This document shows, in pieces, positions 44,457 through 56,241 of a stretch of DNA of 64,000 nt. Location: positions 434,001 to 498,000 of the forward strand of contig OZ251231.1 of the NCBI GenBank assembly GCA_965240325.2, read 5' to 3'. The position numbers and the translations under genes were made by a program. The notes below the pieces were generated by a model. That model searched no databases, was not told the origin of the DNA, and was given only the letters and a program-made list of their open reading frames with translations. Positions within the stretch are counted from its first letter, which is position 1; every line of letters starts with the position of its first letter. Origin of the DNA: Rebecca billardiae RCC1528 (lineage: Eukaryota; Protista; Haptophyta).

Positions 44457-47403
44457 TCGCGCCGCCGCCGCTGCCAATCGGCATACGGCGCAACTCCGGC
44501 TCTTCCGGAAGGCGCGCGCCCGGCCGCAGCACCCAGCGGCGGGCGGCTGCGCCCGCGCCGCCCTCGTACTCGCACAGCTCGCGCAGCGCGCGGCGCAGCG
44601 CCTCGCGCGACCCCGGCGGCAGCGACGCCTCGAGCGCTCGGGCGTCCACCTCGCCACCACCGTCCAGTAGCGCACGACACAGCGCGACGCGAGCGTACGC
44701 GGCTGTGAGGTCGCGCGCGGCGCGCGAGCGCGGCGCGGGCACCTCGGCGAGCGGCTGCTGCTGCCCGAGCGCGCAGACGGGCGGCATGCGCCGCAGCGTG
44801 TACGCGCGCGCGCCGCCGCCGCCGCCCGCGCGGCCGCGCACGAGCAAAAAGTCGACGTGCCCGCCGTCGGGGTCGAGCGCGTCCGAAGCGTTTTCGTATC
44901 GGTGCGCGGGCGCGCGCATCAGCCGAGACTCGACGGCATGCACGCAGCCGGCGGGCCACTCGGCCTCGTCGAGCTCGCCGAGGAGCGGGAGCTCGGCCGA
45001 CGGCTCCGACAGCAGCACCAGCTTGCCGAACTCCGAGCGCGGCGGCAGCTCCGCCAGCGCCTCCTCCGCGCGCCGCCGCGCCTCAGCGACGGCGCCGCCG
45101 GCGCCGCCGACGACGCCGCCACCTCCCGTCTGCTGCGGCGCGGGCGGCAGCGCAGGCCGATGGTAGGTGAGCTGTTCAGACCACATGCCCGGGCTCGCGA
45201 GCAGCGGCGGCCACTGCTCGAGGTACTCGCGCAGCACCACGTCAGCCTGCCCCGGACCGCCCACCAGCGAGAGATCGGCCGGCGATTGCACTGCCTCCAC
45301 CATCGACGTCGCGCGGTGCGCGGCCGCGCCGCTGGGCGCGCGCGGCGGCGCGTGCGCACGCACGGGCTCGGCGGCGGGGCGCGCGAGCGCGGCGGGGCCG
45401 TCGAGGCGCGGGCGGTAGAACGCGCGCCGCTCGTCCGGCGTGCGCGGCACGCGCGCCGTCGCGTGCACCGTCGCAGGCGTCGTGTGCGGCGCCGCCGACC
45501 CCAGCACGCCGCCGCCGCCGCCGCCGCCGCCGCGCGCCGTGCGCCACCATAACTTGTGAGGGAGCGAGCCCGCCGCGCCGCCCGCCGCGGCGGAGGCGTC
45601 GAGCGGCGGCGCGCGCAGGTGCGAGCGGTCGAGCAGCCGGCGCCACGCGCTCGGGCCCGCGGGCGCGCCGCGCGCGCCGCTCGGCGGCTGCGTCGCAAGC
45701 AGCACGCGCGCGCCCGCCGCCGGGCCCGAAGTCACGAGCGGGCCGTACTGCGCCGAGCGCTGCCGCTCCGTGGCTGCGTCGCGCGGCGCGGGCGCGAGCG
45801 GCGCGGCGGCGGACGCGCCGCGCGCGGCGGGGCAGGCCGAGGTCGCCGCCCTCGCCGGCGCCGCCGGTGGCAGCGGCGGCGCACCTGCCGCCGCCGCGGC
45901 CAGCGCGCTGGCGGCCGCCGCCGGCTGCCGAGGCGTGGCGACGGCAGTGGCCGCGCCGCCGGCCGCGCCGCCGGCCGCGCCGCCGGCCGCGACCAGCGTG
46001 AGCGCGGTGCTTGCCGCCGTCTCGGGCGGTGGCATGAGCTGCGCTGCCGCGCCGCGGCCGCCGCGCCCTCCTCGCACGCGCCCGCCGCGCCCGCCGCGCC
46101 CGCCGCGCCCGCCGCGCGCCGCGCCCGCCGCACCCCGGCCAGCACCTAGGCCGTCGCCGGCCGCCGCTGCGCCGGCTTGGCCACCCGCGGCGTCCGCGCC
46201 GGCCGGCGCGGGCGGCGGGCGCTCGTCGCCCGTGACGAGGGCGTCCGCGTCGTTCAGGTCGAGCACGAGGGGCACGTGCGGCGGCGCGGGGCCAGCCGGC
46301 GCGCACCCGGGCGCCGCACCACAGCCGCCCTCGCCCGCCTCCGCCCCGCCGCCTCCGTCCCAGAGCACGGCAGCCGACCAATCACACGCGAGCTGAGAGC
46401 GCCCGCGGAAGCCGAGGAGAAGGAGCTCGGCGGTGGAGAGCGGCTGCGCGGCTGCGCGTGGGCGGGGCGGCGGTGGGGGCATCAGGCGCCGACGCGCCGC
46501 CGCCGCCGCCGCCGGGGCTGCTTCCTCCGCCTCCGCGTCCGCCTCAGCGTCCGCCTCGGCGTCCGCTTCGGCCACCGGCGCCGCGCCGTCCGCGTCCACG
46601 CCGGCGCCCCAGTCGATGCCGCTCTCCCAGCACGCCGTGCTCAGCGCCGCGTGCCGCCTGAGCTCCGCCTCCGCCGCGCGCGCGCACTCAGCGCCGCCGG
46701 CCGCACCGGCGCCGGCCGCCGCCGCGTGACAGAGCGGCGCGCACGCGCCTTCCTCCAGCCTGGATAGCCGGCGCGGCTGCGGCGCGCGGCGGGCGAGGAG
46801 CCCGGGCGCGCGTGCGGGCGTCGGCGAGGGCGTGGTGCCATCCGCGTCGACGTCCATCGGCGCCGTGCCGCCGGCGGGGGCGCTGTCGCCCGGCGGCGGG
46901 AAGAGGAGTGCCCACGGGCCCTCGCCGCCGTCATCTGCCGGGCCGCCGCCGTCGGGCACGCCCTCAACCGCGGGCGCGGCGGCGGGAGGCGCGGCGGCGG
47001 CGGCGGCGGGTGCGTCGTCCGATGCGGGCGCGACCACGGCGAGCGACAGCGGCACCGCCTCGGCCGCGGCGCCAGGCGCCGCCGCGGCCGCGCGCCGCGC
47101 CGCCGCGAGCACGCGCCGCCGCCGCACCTCGACTGCACTCCCGCGCGCGCTGTCGACGAGGATGCTGGAGAAGCGCACGGCGGGCCACGTGTGCGGCTCG
47201 TCGAGCGGCGCCGCGCCCGTTGGAGCGAGCATCTCGCGCGGCGCGAGCGTCGAGTCCGTGCCGAGTCTCGCGCCGGCCGCACGCGCCCTCCCGAGTGCGG
47301 ACGCACGAGCTTGCGCGGTCTCGCGAGTCGCCGAGGCTTGATGGCGGACCTGTCCGCCCTGCCGCTGGGCCGGGGAGAGCGGAGCAGGCAGGCGGGGCGC
47401 CAT
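42238..47403 (-). CDS. TAF1: Transcription initiation factor TFIID subunit 1 (start may be 47232)
   Basis: DUF3591 motifs (EYLEQWPPLLASPGM, DFLLVR, GQQQPLAEVPAPRSR, APWELT, GDPLGAGLGFGY, MTRWERI), zinc knuckle CGRCGGYGHTRTNRRCPLY and a C-terminal bromodomain. Confidence 0.9.
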
Positions 47404-47420
47404 CGTGAGTTGTCCGCGCG

Positions 47421-50400
47421 ATGACGATGGGCGCCCCCTCGCGGCGGCGGCGCGCCCCGCTCCTGCTCGCGCTCGTGCCGTGGCGCGCGGCATGCGCGCC
47501 GGCGGTGGCCTCGTTCGTCGCGACCGACGCGGACAACGCGCGCCCCGGCCCCAAGTACAACGTGCAGCTCCTCACCGGCGCGCTGCCCGACGCGGCGCGG
47601 CCGCCGCCGGGCGAGGCGCGCGCGGTGCGCATGCGCAAGCGCGACGGCCGGACGTACCTGTGCCACGTGCCCGCGCCGCCGGCGGAGAGCGACGAGGCGG
47701 AGGGCTCCGACGCCGAGCCCGCCGACCTCGCCATGCCCGACGTCGCGCAGTACCTGCTCCCGCTCCAGCAGTCTTGCTTCTACCGGCTCGAGGGCTGGTG
47801 GACGTATGAAGTGTGCTTCCTGCGCTCCATCCGGCAGTTCCACCAGGAGAAGAGCGTCGTGCAGCAGGTGCGCGCGCGCGCCGCGCACGCGCGCCCTCGG
47901 GCCCCACGCCCCTTCCGCCGCGCCCCGCGCGCGCCACGCCGACCCGGCGCGCCGCACGCCCGCGCGGCCCGCGCGCCGCCGCTCGCGCGCGCCGCGCGCG
48001 CCCGCTCCCGTCTCAGGATTACAAGCTCGGCGTGTACTGGACGCCGAGCGGGCTGGCGGAGAGCCAGACGGGTGGGCTGCTCGCGTCGGCGCGGAGCGGC
48101 CAGGTCGTCGCCAGCGCGGCGGGCGGCACGGTGCTCATGCACCGCACGGCGGACGTTGCGGGCGCGGACGCGCCCGGCGGCGGCGGCGGCGGCGCGCTCG
48201 GCGGCAGCGGCGCGGCTGGTGGCGAGGGCTCGGCCGGCCGGGGCGGCGTGTACATCTCGGGCGAGCTCGTGCGCGCGGAGAGCGGCGGCCCGCGGCACGC
48301 CGCCTCCGCGCCGCGCGCCTCCGCCTCCGCCTACTTCCGCCAGACCTACGGCAACGGCACTCTGTGCGACCTGACCGGCCAGCCACGCCAGACAGAGCTG
48401 CGCATCCACTGCGCGCCGGGCGAGAAGTCGTATGTGGGTACGGTGGAGGAGGTGGCGACGTGCAAGTGCGCGCGCGCACGCGCGCGGGGCGGTGGAGGAG
48501 GGGGCGGCGTGCGAGTGCGCGCGCGCACGCGGGGCGGGCGCGGGGGCGCGGGGGCGGGCGCGCTCTCGAGCCGCCCGCCGCGCCGCGCGCCCGCACCGCC
48601 GCGCGCGCGCACCGCCGCGCGCCCGCGCCGCCGCGCGCTCCCGCGCTGACAGCCAGCTCGCCCTGCACGGCCCGCGCCCTGCGCGCCCGGCGCCCGGCGG
48701 CGCGCGCGCCTCGCCCGCAGGTACGTGGTCACCTTCCACACCGACCTCGTGTGCTCGCACCCAGCCTTCGCCTCGGCGGCGACCGAGCAGTCCGCGCAGG
48801 CGGCGACGCCGATCCGATGCGAGCCCCTGGGGCCTGATGGGCTGCCGATTCCGGCGGCGGCGCGGCGCGCGGACGCGGCGGACGGGGCGGGCGGCGGCGC
48901 GAGCGGCGGCGGGGCGGAGGGGGCGGTGCAGCCCGGGTGGGAGGCGGCGCGCGCAGCCTCGCTCGCGCACACGGGAGGTGGCACCCTACTGCACCCGGCG
49001 TCGCCCGCAGCGATCGAGGCGGCGCGGCGCGTCGCCCTCGCCGCTGCCGAGCAGCAGAGAACTGCTGCCTTCGGCGGCGGCGGCTCGGCCGGTCCGCCGC
49101 CGCCCGTCCAGTACGACCTGGGCCAGTGCATCCTGCACAAGAGGTGGGCACCGCACCGCGCGGCGCGCGCGCGGGCGCGGGCCGTGAGGGCCCCACGCGG
49201 GCCGCGCGCCGCCACCTGCCCGCTCCGCTCCGCGCGCCACGCCCCCGCGCGTCTGCACACGCACCGCCGCCGCCCGTCCTCCTGCGCGCGCGGTTCCTGC
49301 TGACGCGCCTCCGACGCCCCCATCCGCCTCACGCGGCGTGTGTGTGCGTGCGCGCGTGCACATGTGCGCGCGCGCGTGCGTGTGTGTGTGTGCGTGCGCG
49401 CGCGCGCGCGTGCACGCGTGTGCGTGCGTGCGTGCGCGCGTGCACGCGTGCGCGTGCGTGCGTGTGCACGTGTGTGCGTCCGTGCGTGCGCGCCGCAGCT
49501 ACCACTACCGCGGCGTGGTGATCGGGTACGACCCGGTGTGCAGGCAGTCGGAGGCGTGGGTGCGCGCGATGGGCGTGGACCGGCTGCAGCGCGGCACCAA
49601 CCAGCCCTTCTACCACGTGCTGGTGCGCGCGCGCGCGCCACCGAGCGCGCCTTTGCCGAGGGGGCGGGGCGCGCGCGCGGCAACGGGCGCGGCGCACGCA
49701 CGCGCGCGCGCGCGCTCGACGGGGGCAGGGCACGTGCACGGCAGCGGGCGCGGCGCATGCATGCGCGCGCGCGTGTGAGAGGCAGGGAGCGAAGGGGCCT
49801 CGGCGAACAGCCGCGCGCGCGGGGCACAGCCGCGCAAGCCGCGCAAGCAGCCCCGCAGAGCCGCGCGCGCCCCGCGACCGCGCCGCGCACACGCCGCGCC
49901 ACGCAGACACGCACACACACACACACGCACACACACGCACACACACGCACGCACACACGCACACACGCACACGCACACGCACGCGCGCGCACACGCACAC
50001 ACACGCACGCACACACGCACACACACGCACACACGCACACGCACGCGCACACACACGCACACACGCACACGCACGCGCACACACACGCGCCGCGCGCACG
50101 CCGCGCCGCGCAGGTGGACACGCGCGACCGGCCCGGTACTCAGCTTACTTACGTCGCGCAGGAGAACGTCGTGCCCGACGCGCCGGCGGAGCCGTTGCAG
50201 CACCCGCTGCTCGCGGAGCTCTTCGACGGCTACTCGGGCGAGCACTTTGTGCCCAAGCCGCACCTGCGCGCGCAGTACCCGCTGGGTGCGGGCGGCGGCC
50301 TGGGCGGCGCGGCGGGCGGCGCCGAGGGCAACGGCGGCGCGGACGCGCCGGGCTTGCTGCCGCCGCCCGCGGACGACGCTGGCAGCGCGGAGGCGGGCGC

Positions 50401-50866
50401 GGCGCAGCCGGACGGCGGCGGCAGCGCGGGGCACCACACGGAGCCCTCCGTGGAGCACGCCACCGAGCACTGGGAGAGCGACTCCGCCGATTCGGCGGCC
50501 CCGGAGTCCGCCTCGGCCGACGCGGCCGACGCGCCGAGTGACGGTCACGGCGCGGGCGCGGGCGCCGATGTGCCCGACGTGGTCGCCGAGGCGCACATCG
50601 ACCTGGCGGCCGAGGCCGAGGGGCAGGGTGCGGAGAGCGCCGAGCTGGCGGTGGCGCTCGAGCACGAGGCCGCAGCCGAGGAGGCGGGCATCGAGGGCGC
50701 GCACGCAGGCTGGGCGGACGCTGAGGACGCACAGCCAGACGGCGCAGTGGATGGGGCGGCGGACGGCGCGCCCGCAAACGCGGAGCATTCGGAGGATCAG
50801 CATGCCGACGACGCCGGCGCCCCGCATGATGGCGACGACATGCCGCGGGGCGTGGCCCTGGGCTGA
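47421..50866 (+). CDS. OS-9/ERLEC-type MRH lectin fused to a YccV/HspQ-like domain (exons ~47421-47867, 48017-48465, 48721-49143, 49499-49622, 50114-50866)
   Basis: Signal peptide. MRH motifs GWWTYEVC...[21 protein letters not shown] and EEVATCKY. YccV motifs [34 protein letters not shown] and HPLLAELF. Acidic tail. Confidence 0.85.
49336..49492 (+). repeat. (TG/CG)n alternating purine-pyrimidine microsatellite in an intron
   Basis: GTGTGTGCGTGCGCGCGTGCAC... tract. Confidence 0.9.
49907..50100 (+). repeat. (CA/CG)n alternating purine-pyrimidine microsatellite in an intron
   Basis: CACACACGCACACACACGCAC... tract. Confidence 0.9.
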
Positions 50867-51032
50867 CGTGAGCCGTGTCGCAGACTTGTCGCGGTGGCGG
50901 CCCGCGCTGTTGGCGGTCCCGCCGGTCCGGGCCGCGCCGGTGTGACTCTGAGACTGAGAGCAGTGAGATGAACAATTGTGCGGAATCGAACTCACTTTAA
51001 TCTCGCCTGCCTGAGCTGTGTGCGTCTCTTAT

Positions 51033-52541
51033 GGCGGGCCGTACGGGTAGGTCCGCCCCTTGTAGTGCCCGGGAAAAAGATAAGAAAAAGAAAAAGAAAA
51101 AATAAAATCGCCTCGCAGAGAAAAGAAAATCGCTTCGCTCACTACCGGGCGCCCTCGCAGCTCCCACTGGGGACGCTCGGCCGAAAACAACAGACGGGTG
51201 GCGCGGAGCGCGTGGGCCGCGCGCGCCAAATCCAACGCCGGCGCGGACATCGCGCGGGGATTCCCGAACGGTGTTTTCGCCCGATTCGCGATTGCTGCCC
51301 TCGTCGTCTCGCGTGCAGGTCGAACGGGGGCTAAATCGACGCGTTTGGAGCGGTACGCTCGGCGCGTCGACACGATCGTGAGACCTGGGGCGATCCTCGC
51401 CCGACGTGCACGTCGAAAGCTCGCACCGGCCATAGCATCATGCGCTGCGCACGATGACCGCCTCGCGCGATCCACCGTCGCGCGTCGGGCTCGGTGCGAG
51501 AAAGCCCTCATCACGAGGCGTCTCGCGGGCGGGAAGCGCCATCGCACGCGACGCAAGATTTGGCGCGGCCTTCTGAACTCGATCGCCGGAATTGTGGCTC
51601 GCGGTCCCTCAGCCCGGGTCAGCCGAAGCCCGCGTCCGCCGTGCATGGCGTCGACGGTGACCAATGCGACGGAAGCGCAGCGCCAACGGCGTACGACGCG
51701 GGACGCACCTCCCGGGTCTGTCGCCGTGGCAGCAACCGCGTCATAACGAGTTGGCGACCCACGCCGCAGCGCGACACGGACAAGCCCGTGATGCCATCCG
51801 CAGAGAGATGAAACGTCGAGCATGCAACATCGACGCATCCTCGTCGGTGGCGCAGGCGCTGCAGGACGAGGCGGAAGTCGTCACGCCGGTGACGGATGCG
51901 CTGCGATTCGTGTGCCCGCGTGAGCAGCTCTTGCCCACTCTCGATCGCGAGTGGCACACGCTGTCGCTGTGCGCGCACGCGCGCACAACCAACAGCTCCT
52001 CGTGCCGGCGAACACGCGGGCGCCAGACCTGTCGAAGATGCGAACAGCGATGACCGCGTGAACGTCAACGCGCTCGTGCTCAGCGTGGCGGCCGTGTACG
52101 ACGTCAACGCGACCTGCGCCGAGCCCATCATGCCCGAAGAGGACATCGGCAAGCATCCTCGCGACGACCGCTCTCGGCTGGCGGCAGGAGGACATGCACA
52201 TGATCTACTCTGGCGGCTTCGTCGGCGGCGAGGCGCTCGATTACGCCATCGCGGTCGAGATGCGGCACATACAGCGCGTACCCGCGCTCGCGCGGAGCAA
52301 CGGGCTACCCGCCCCGCCCCGCGTGCTGCACATTCCCTCGTGGATGTGGGTCTCGCTGATGCGCACAGAGTACAGACATGTACACGTGGGAGATAACTAC
52401 TTCAGGTGTCACTGGTCCTCGCCCTCGTCTGTCCGTCACCCACGGCCACGAGCGAATGTGGAAAGACGCGAACCCGCAGAGGATACATTGCGACAGCACT
52501 GGCACGGCCCGCCGACCCCCCCGCCCGCCAGGGCAGAGTTT
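51033..52541 (+). mobile_element. TSD-less element with Ulp1-like protease relic, copy 2, inserted into the 49-bp motif
   Basis: Splits the motif exactly at CTCTTAT|TCTTAG (50999-51032 / 52542-52556) with no duplication. Homologous to 26603-28185. Confidence 0.8.
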
Positions 52542-52559
52542 TCTTAGTAAACTGTACTG

Positions 52560-52608
52560 AATCTCGCCTGCCTGAGCTGTGTGCGTCTCTTATTCTTAGT
52601 AAACTGTA
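52560..52608 (+). repeat. Intact 49-bp dispersed motif
   Basis: AATCTCGCCTGCCTGAGCTGTGTGCGTCTCTTATTCTTAGTAAACTGTA. Confidence 0.9.
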
Positions 52609-52965
52609 GTGCGACTTCGGCTTGTCTTGAGCCAGATCTCCAGATCTCAGCCCGTCGTGATTCCAGCCGTGCCACAACCAGAACAACGCCCGATATGTCT
52701 GCAAATCATGCTTTGACTGGTGAATCGTGAGTGGTACTCGCAGGTAGTACGCCGCGCAAAAACTTGTACAGTACTACTACAAGTATGATGGGGGTACTGT
52801 ATCCAAGATGTACAGTACTACTTTACTGTAGCAATCACCCGTCGTCACACAAACGTCGAGCGCCCGGCCCGGCCGGCGAGCCCACAAACCCACGACGCTC
52901 GCGGCCGCACAACCCGTCCGCACGCATCACCACCACCCCCGCGCGGCAACACACCCCGCAGCACC

Positions 52966-55772
52966 ATGTCGCTCGCGCGCAAGCTCCGTGCGCGCATCGG
53001 CGACGGCTTCGAGGCGTGGGGCGAGCTCGCCTCGCGCCACCCGCTCAAGCTCGCCGCCGTCGCGTGCGCGCTTCTCGGCGGCCTGTGCGCTGGCGTGCCT
53101 TCGCTGAGCGAGGAGTCGCGCTCCGAGTACCTGTGGACGCCGACGAGCACCAAGGCGTACCACGACTGGCGCTTCGTCGAGGACACGTTCGGCGTCGAGA
53201 ACGACAAGCTCCTCCTGTACCTGCGCCCCGCCGACGGCGGCAACGCGCTCACCTACGACGTCTTCTCGGAGGCGCTCAAGGCGCATCTGTTCACGACCGA
53301 GGAGTGCGAGGGCACGCTCCCCGGCACCAAGACGAGCGTGCTCTTCGACGACGCGTGCAAGAAGGAGCCCGACGCGGAGGAGTGCGCCGTCTCCAACTTC
53401 CTCGCCATCTGGGACTACAACGCGGACAAGCTCACCATGTTCAAGGACTTCCTCGGCGCGTTCATCGACGGGATGCACAACACGGCCGTCAACGCCTCCA
53501 CCTTCGCTGGCGGGCTGGTGCTCGAGAAGGACGAGGACACCGGCTTGGAGAAGGTCAAGGAGGCGACCTCCATCGTCCTCATCTACACGCTCGCTGACCG
53601 CTCGGACAAGACCCTCGAGTTCGAGCGCGCGTGGAACCGCGGCATCGTGGGCGCCCTCGACCGGGAGAAGGTGGTGGCCGCGCGCGTCTCGCCGCGGGTG
53701 GTCCGGGAGGACCTGGCGGCGCACGCGGCACTGGACGTGCCCAAGTACATGAACGCGCTGATTGTGCTCGCCGTCCTCTTCCTCGTTCTCTTCGGCCCGC
53801 TCCACTCGCTCACGCGCGCGCGGCCGCTGATCGGCGTCGCCGCGCTCAGCGTCGCCGCGCTCACGACCGCCGCCGGCTACGGCGTGTGCGCGCTCAGCGG
53901 CGTGCAGGGCAACCCGTTCACGCTGCTGCTGCTGCTCGTGCTGCTCGTTGTGCACGTGCGCGCCGCGCCTCGCCGCGCCGGACCCCTCCGCCCGGCACCT
54001 GCCCCCGCGCGCTGCCCGTCGGCGCACGCACGCCCTGAGCGCACGCGCCTGCGCGCCACCGCTCCCTTCCGCACCGCGCGCGCGCCGCGTTGCAGGCGCA
54101 CTCGTCGGCCGTCCTCGTCGACGCGATCTCGGCGCAGCCCAAGGCGCTCACCGTGAGCGAGCGCGTCGGTGGCGGGCTTCGCGCCTCCGGCCTCGCCGTC
54201 TTCGCGGGCTACGTCGGCGCCGCGGCCGCGCTGCTCACCGGCCTCCACACCGACATGCCCGGCGTATGGGCCGTGTGCGCGTTCGGCGCGGCGAGTCTCG
54301 GCTTGGGCGCGGTGGGCTCGCTCGCGTTGCTGCTGCCGCTTGTCGCGCTCGACGAGCACCGCGCCGCCGCCGGCCGACTCAGCTGCCTCCCGTGCGTCCT
54401 CGCGCCCGCGCACTGGGGCGGCGCGGAGGCTGGCTCGCCGGCCGCTGTCGAGCCCAAGCGAGTGGAGCCCAACGGCGGCAGCGGCCGCGGCGGCGGCACG
54501 GACAATGCGCCGACCAAGCCCCCTCCGCAGAGGTCGGCGGCGGCGGTGGCGAGCACGGTGCTCGACGGCGGCTTCGGCGGGCTGCTCGCTGACGGGCTCG
54601 CCCCGCTCCTCCTCCGGCTGCCCGTCGCGCTCCTCGTCGTCGCCGCGTTCGGCACGCTGGCAGGGCTCGCGGGTGCCTACGTGGGCGACGTGCGCATCGG
54701 CATCGCCGAGGCAGATGCGCTGCCGCCGACGTCGCAGGTGCACGAGGTGCTCGCGATGGAGGAGCTCTTCGGCGGGCGCTTCCTGCTCACCTCGGTCGTG
54801 CTCGACGGCGTCGACTGGTCCGACGCCACCGCGCGCTTCAACGCGACCCGCGGCGTGTCCAAGGTGGATGAGCTCGACTTCCTCTTCTACCGGTACACTG
54901 GCTGGTGGGAGGCGTATGAGAACGGGTACCTGCCGGCGAAGGGCAAGGCGAAGATCGTCGAGGAGGACGGGCGGTACACGGAGGAGCTGCAGGCGTTCCT
55001 CGACGAGGAGGCCAACACGCTCTACCAGGACGACGTCTCGTGCGACGGCGAGTGCGGCGTGCCGAGCAGCTCGCGCTTTCAGATGCTCATGTCGCGAGGG
55101 CTCGGCAGCGACGCCGCGCACCTCCACGGGCGCCGCGACGCGATCGAGGTGGCGCTGGCGAAGAAGGGCGTGACGGGCGCGTTCGCGTTCAACCCGATCT
55201 ACCTCACGACCGCGGTCGACGAGGTCATCTTCGAGCGCGCGCTCGTGCAGGCCGCCGCCGCCGTCGGCGCGCTCGGCCTCATCGTCGCGCTCGCCGCGCC
55301 CGCGTCCGCGGCCGTGTGGACTGTGCTGTGTATGGCGATGGCGGTGGTCGACCTCCTCGGCGTGCTCGTTTGGCTGGCGATCCCGCTAACGTACATCTCG
55401 CACGTGTGTGTGGTGATGGGGACGGTGCTCGCCGCGCTCCCCGCCGTGCACATGTCGCTCACCTTCGCGTCGGCGCTCGAGCGCGGCGCTGAGGAGCACA
55501 GCGCCTCCGGCGGCGCGCGCGAGGCGGCGCGCACGACGCTGCGCACGACGGGCAGCTCGATCCTGAAGGGCGCGTGCGCCGCCATCATCGCGGTCGCGCT
55601 GCTCGCGCCATCCGAGTCCGTCGCCTTCGTGCCCTTCTTCAAGCTCATTGCGTGCGCGATCGCGATTGGTGCGCTGCATGCCCTGCTTGTGCTGCCTGCG
55701 CTGCTGGCAGTGGGCTCGCCGCGCGTGCCGGCGGCCAACATGCCTGCCGCAACCGAGCCCTCCACGTACTGA
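52966..55772 (+). CDS. Patched/NPC1-like (RND superfamily) membrane protein (intron ~53956-54095)
   Basis: LWTPTS after TM1, a luminal loop, a TM bundle ending LDEHR, a second loop (ALPPTS), and a second bundle (GSSILKG, FFKL, GALHALLVLPALL). Confidence 0.8.
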
Positions 55773-56241
55773 GCGGGCTCATCACGTACATGCTCGCGCT
55801 CGCCGCCTCGAGGCTGCGACCTATCCGAGCCACCCAATAATGAGCACGACCCACTTCCCAGCACGCGTCACACCCGCACACCGCCTGCCCATGCATGCAG
55901 TCACTACCGCGCACACATACATAGCGCGCTACTTACTTTCTGGCAGCGCGCGACCAGCGGCCCGTCGGGGCTGCGTCGCGAGCGCGCAGCTGCGCTACTA
56001 TTCATCACAGCGCACTACGACACTTCGTTCACAGTAGCAGCATCAATTGTTTCATCAGTCTCATGAGCATCGTAGTTCTTGTACTTGTAGTCATCACATT
56101 CACATCACTGCTGACATCAGCTGCCTGCAGCAGCCTGCTGGCTGCTGACACATAGACTGACGCGCTTCATACTCGGCGTCGAGATCATCATCACGTCAGC
56201 AGTCGCGCGCGCTGCGCGCCCGCGCCCGCGCTGGGCCCACG

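Noticed and set aside
15713-52608. 49-bp repeat as a CRISPR repeat or spliced leader
   Set aside because: It is dispersed rather than regularly spaced, there are no cas genes, the context is eukaryotic, and no consistent donor or Sm-site arrangement follows it.
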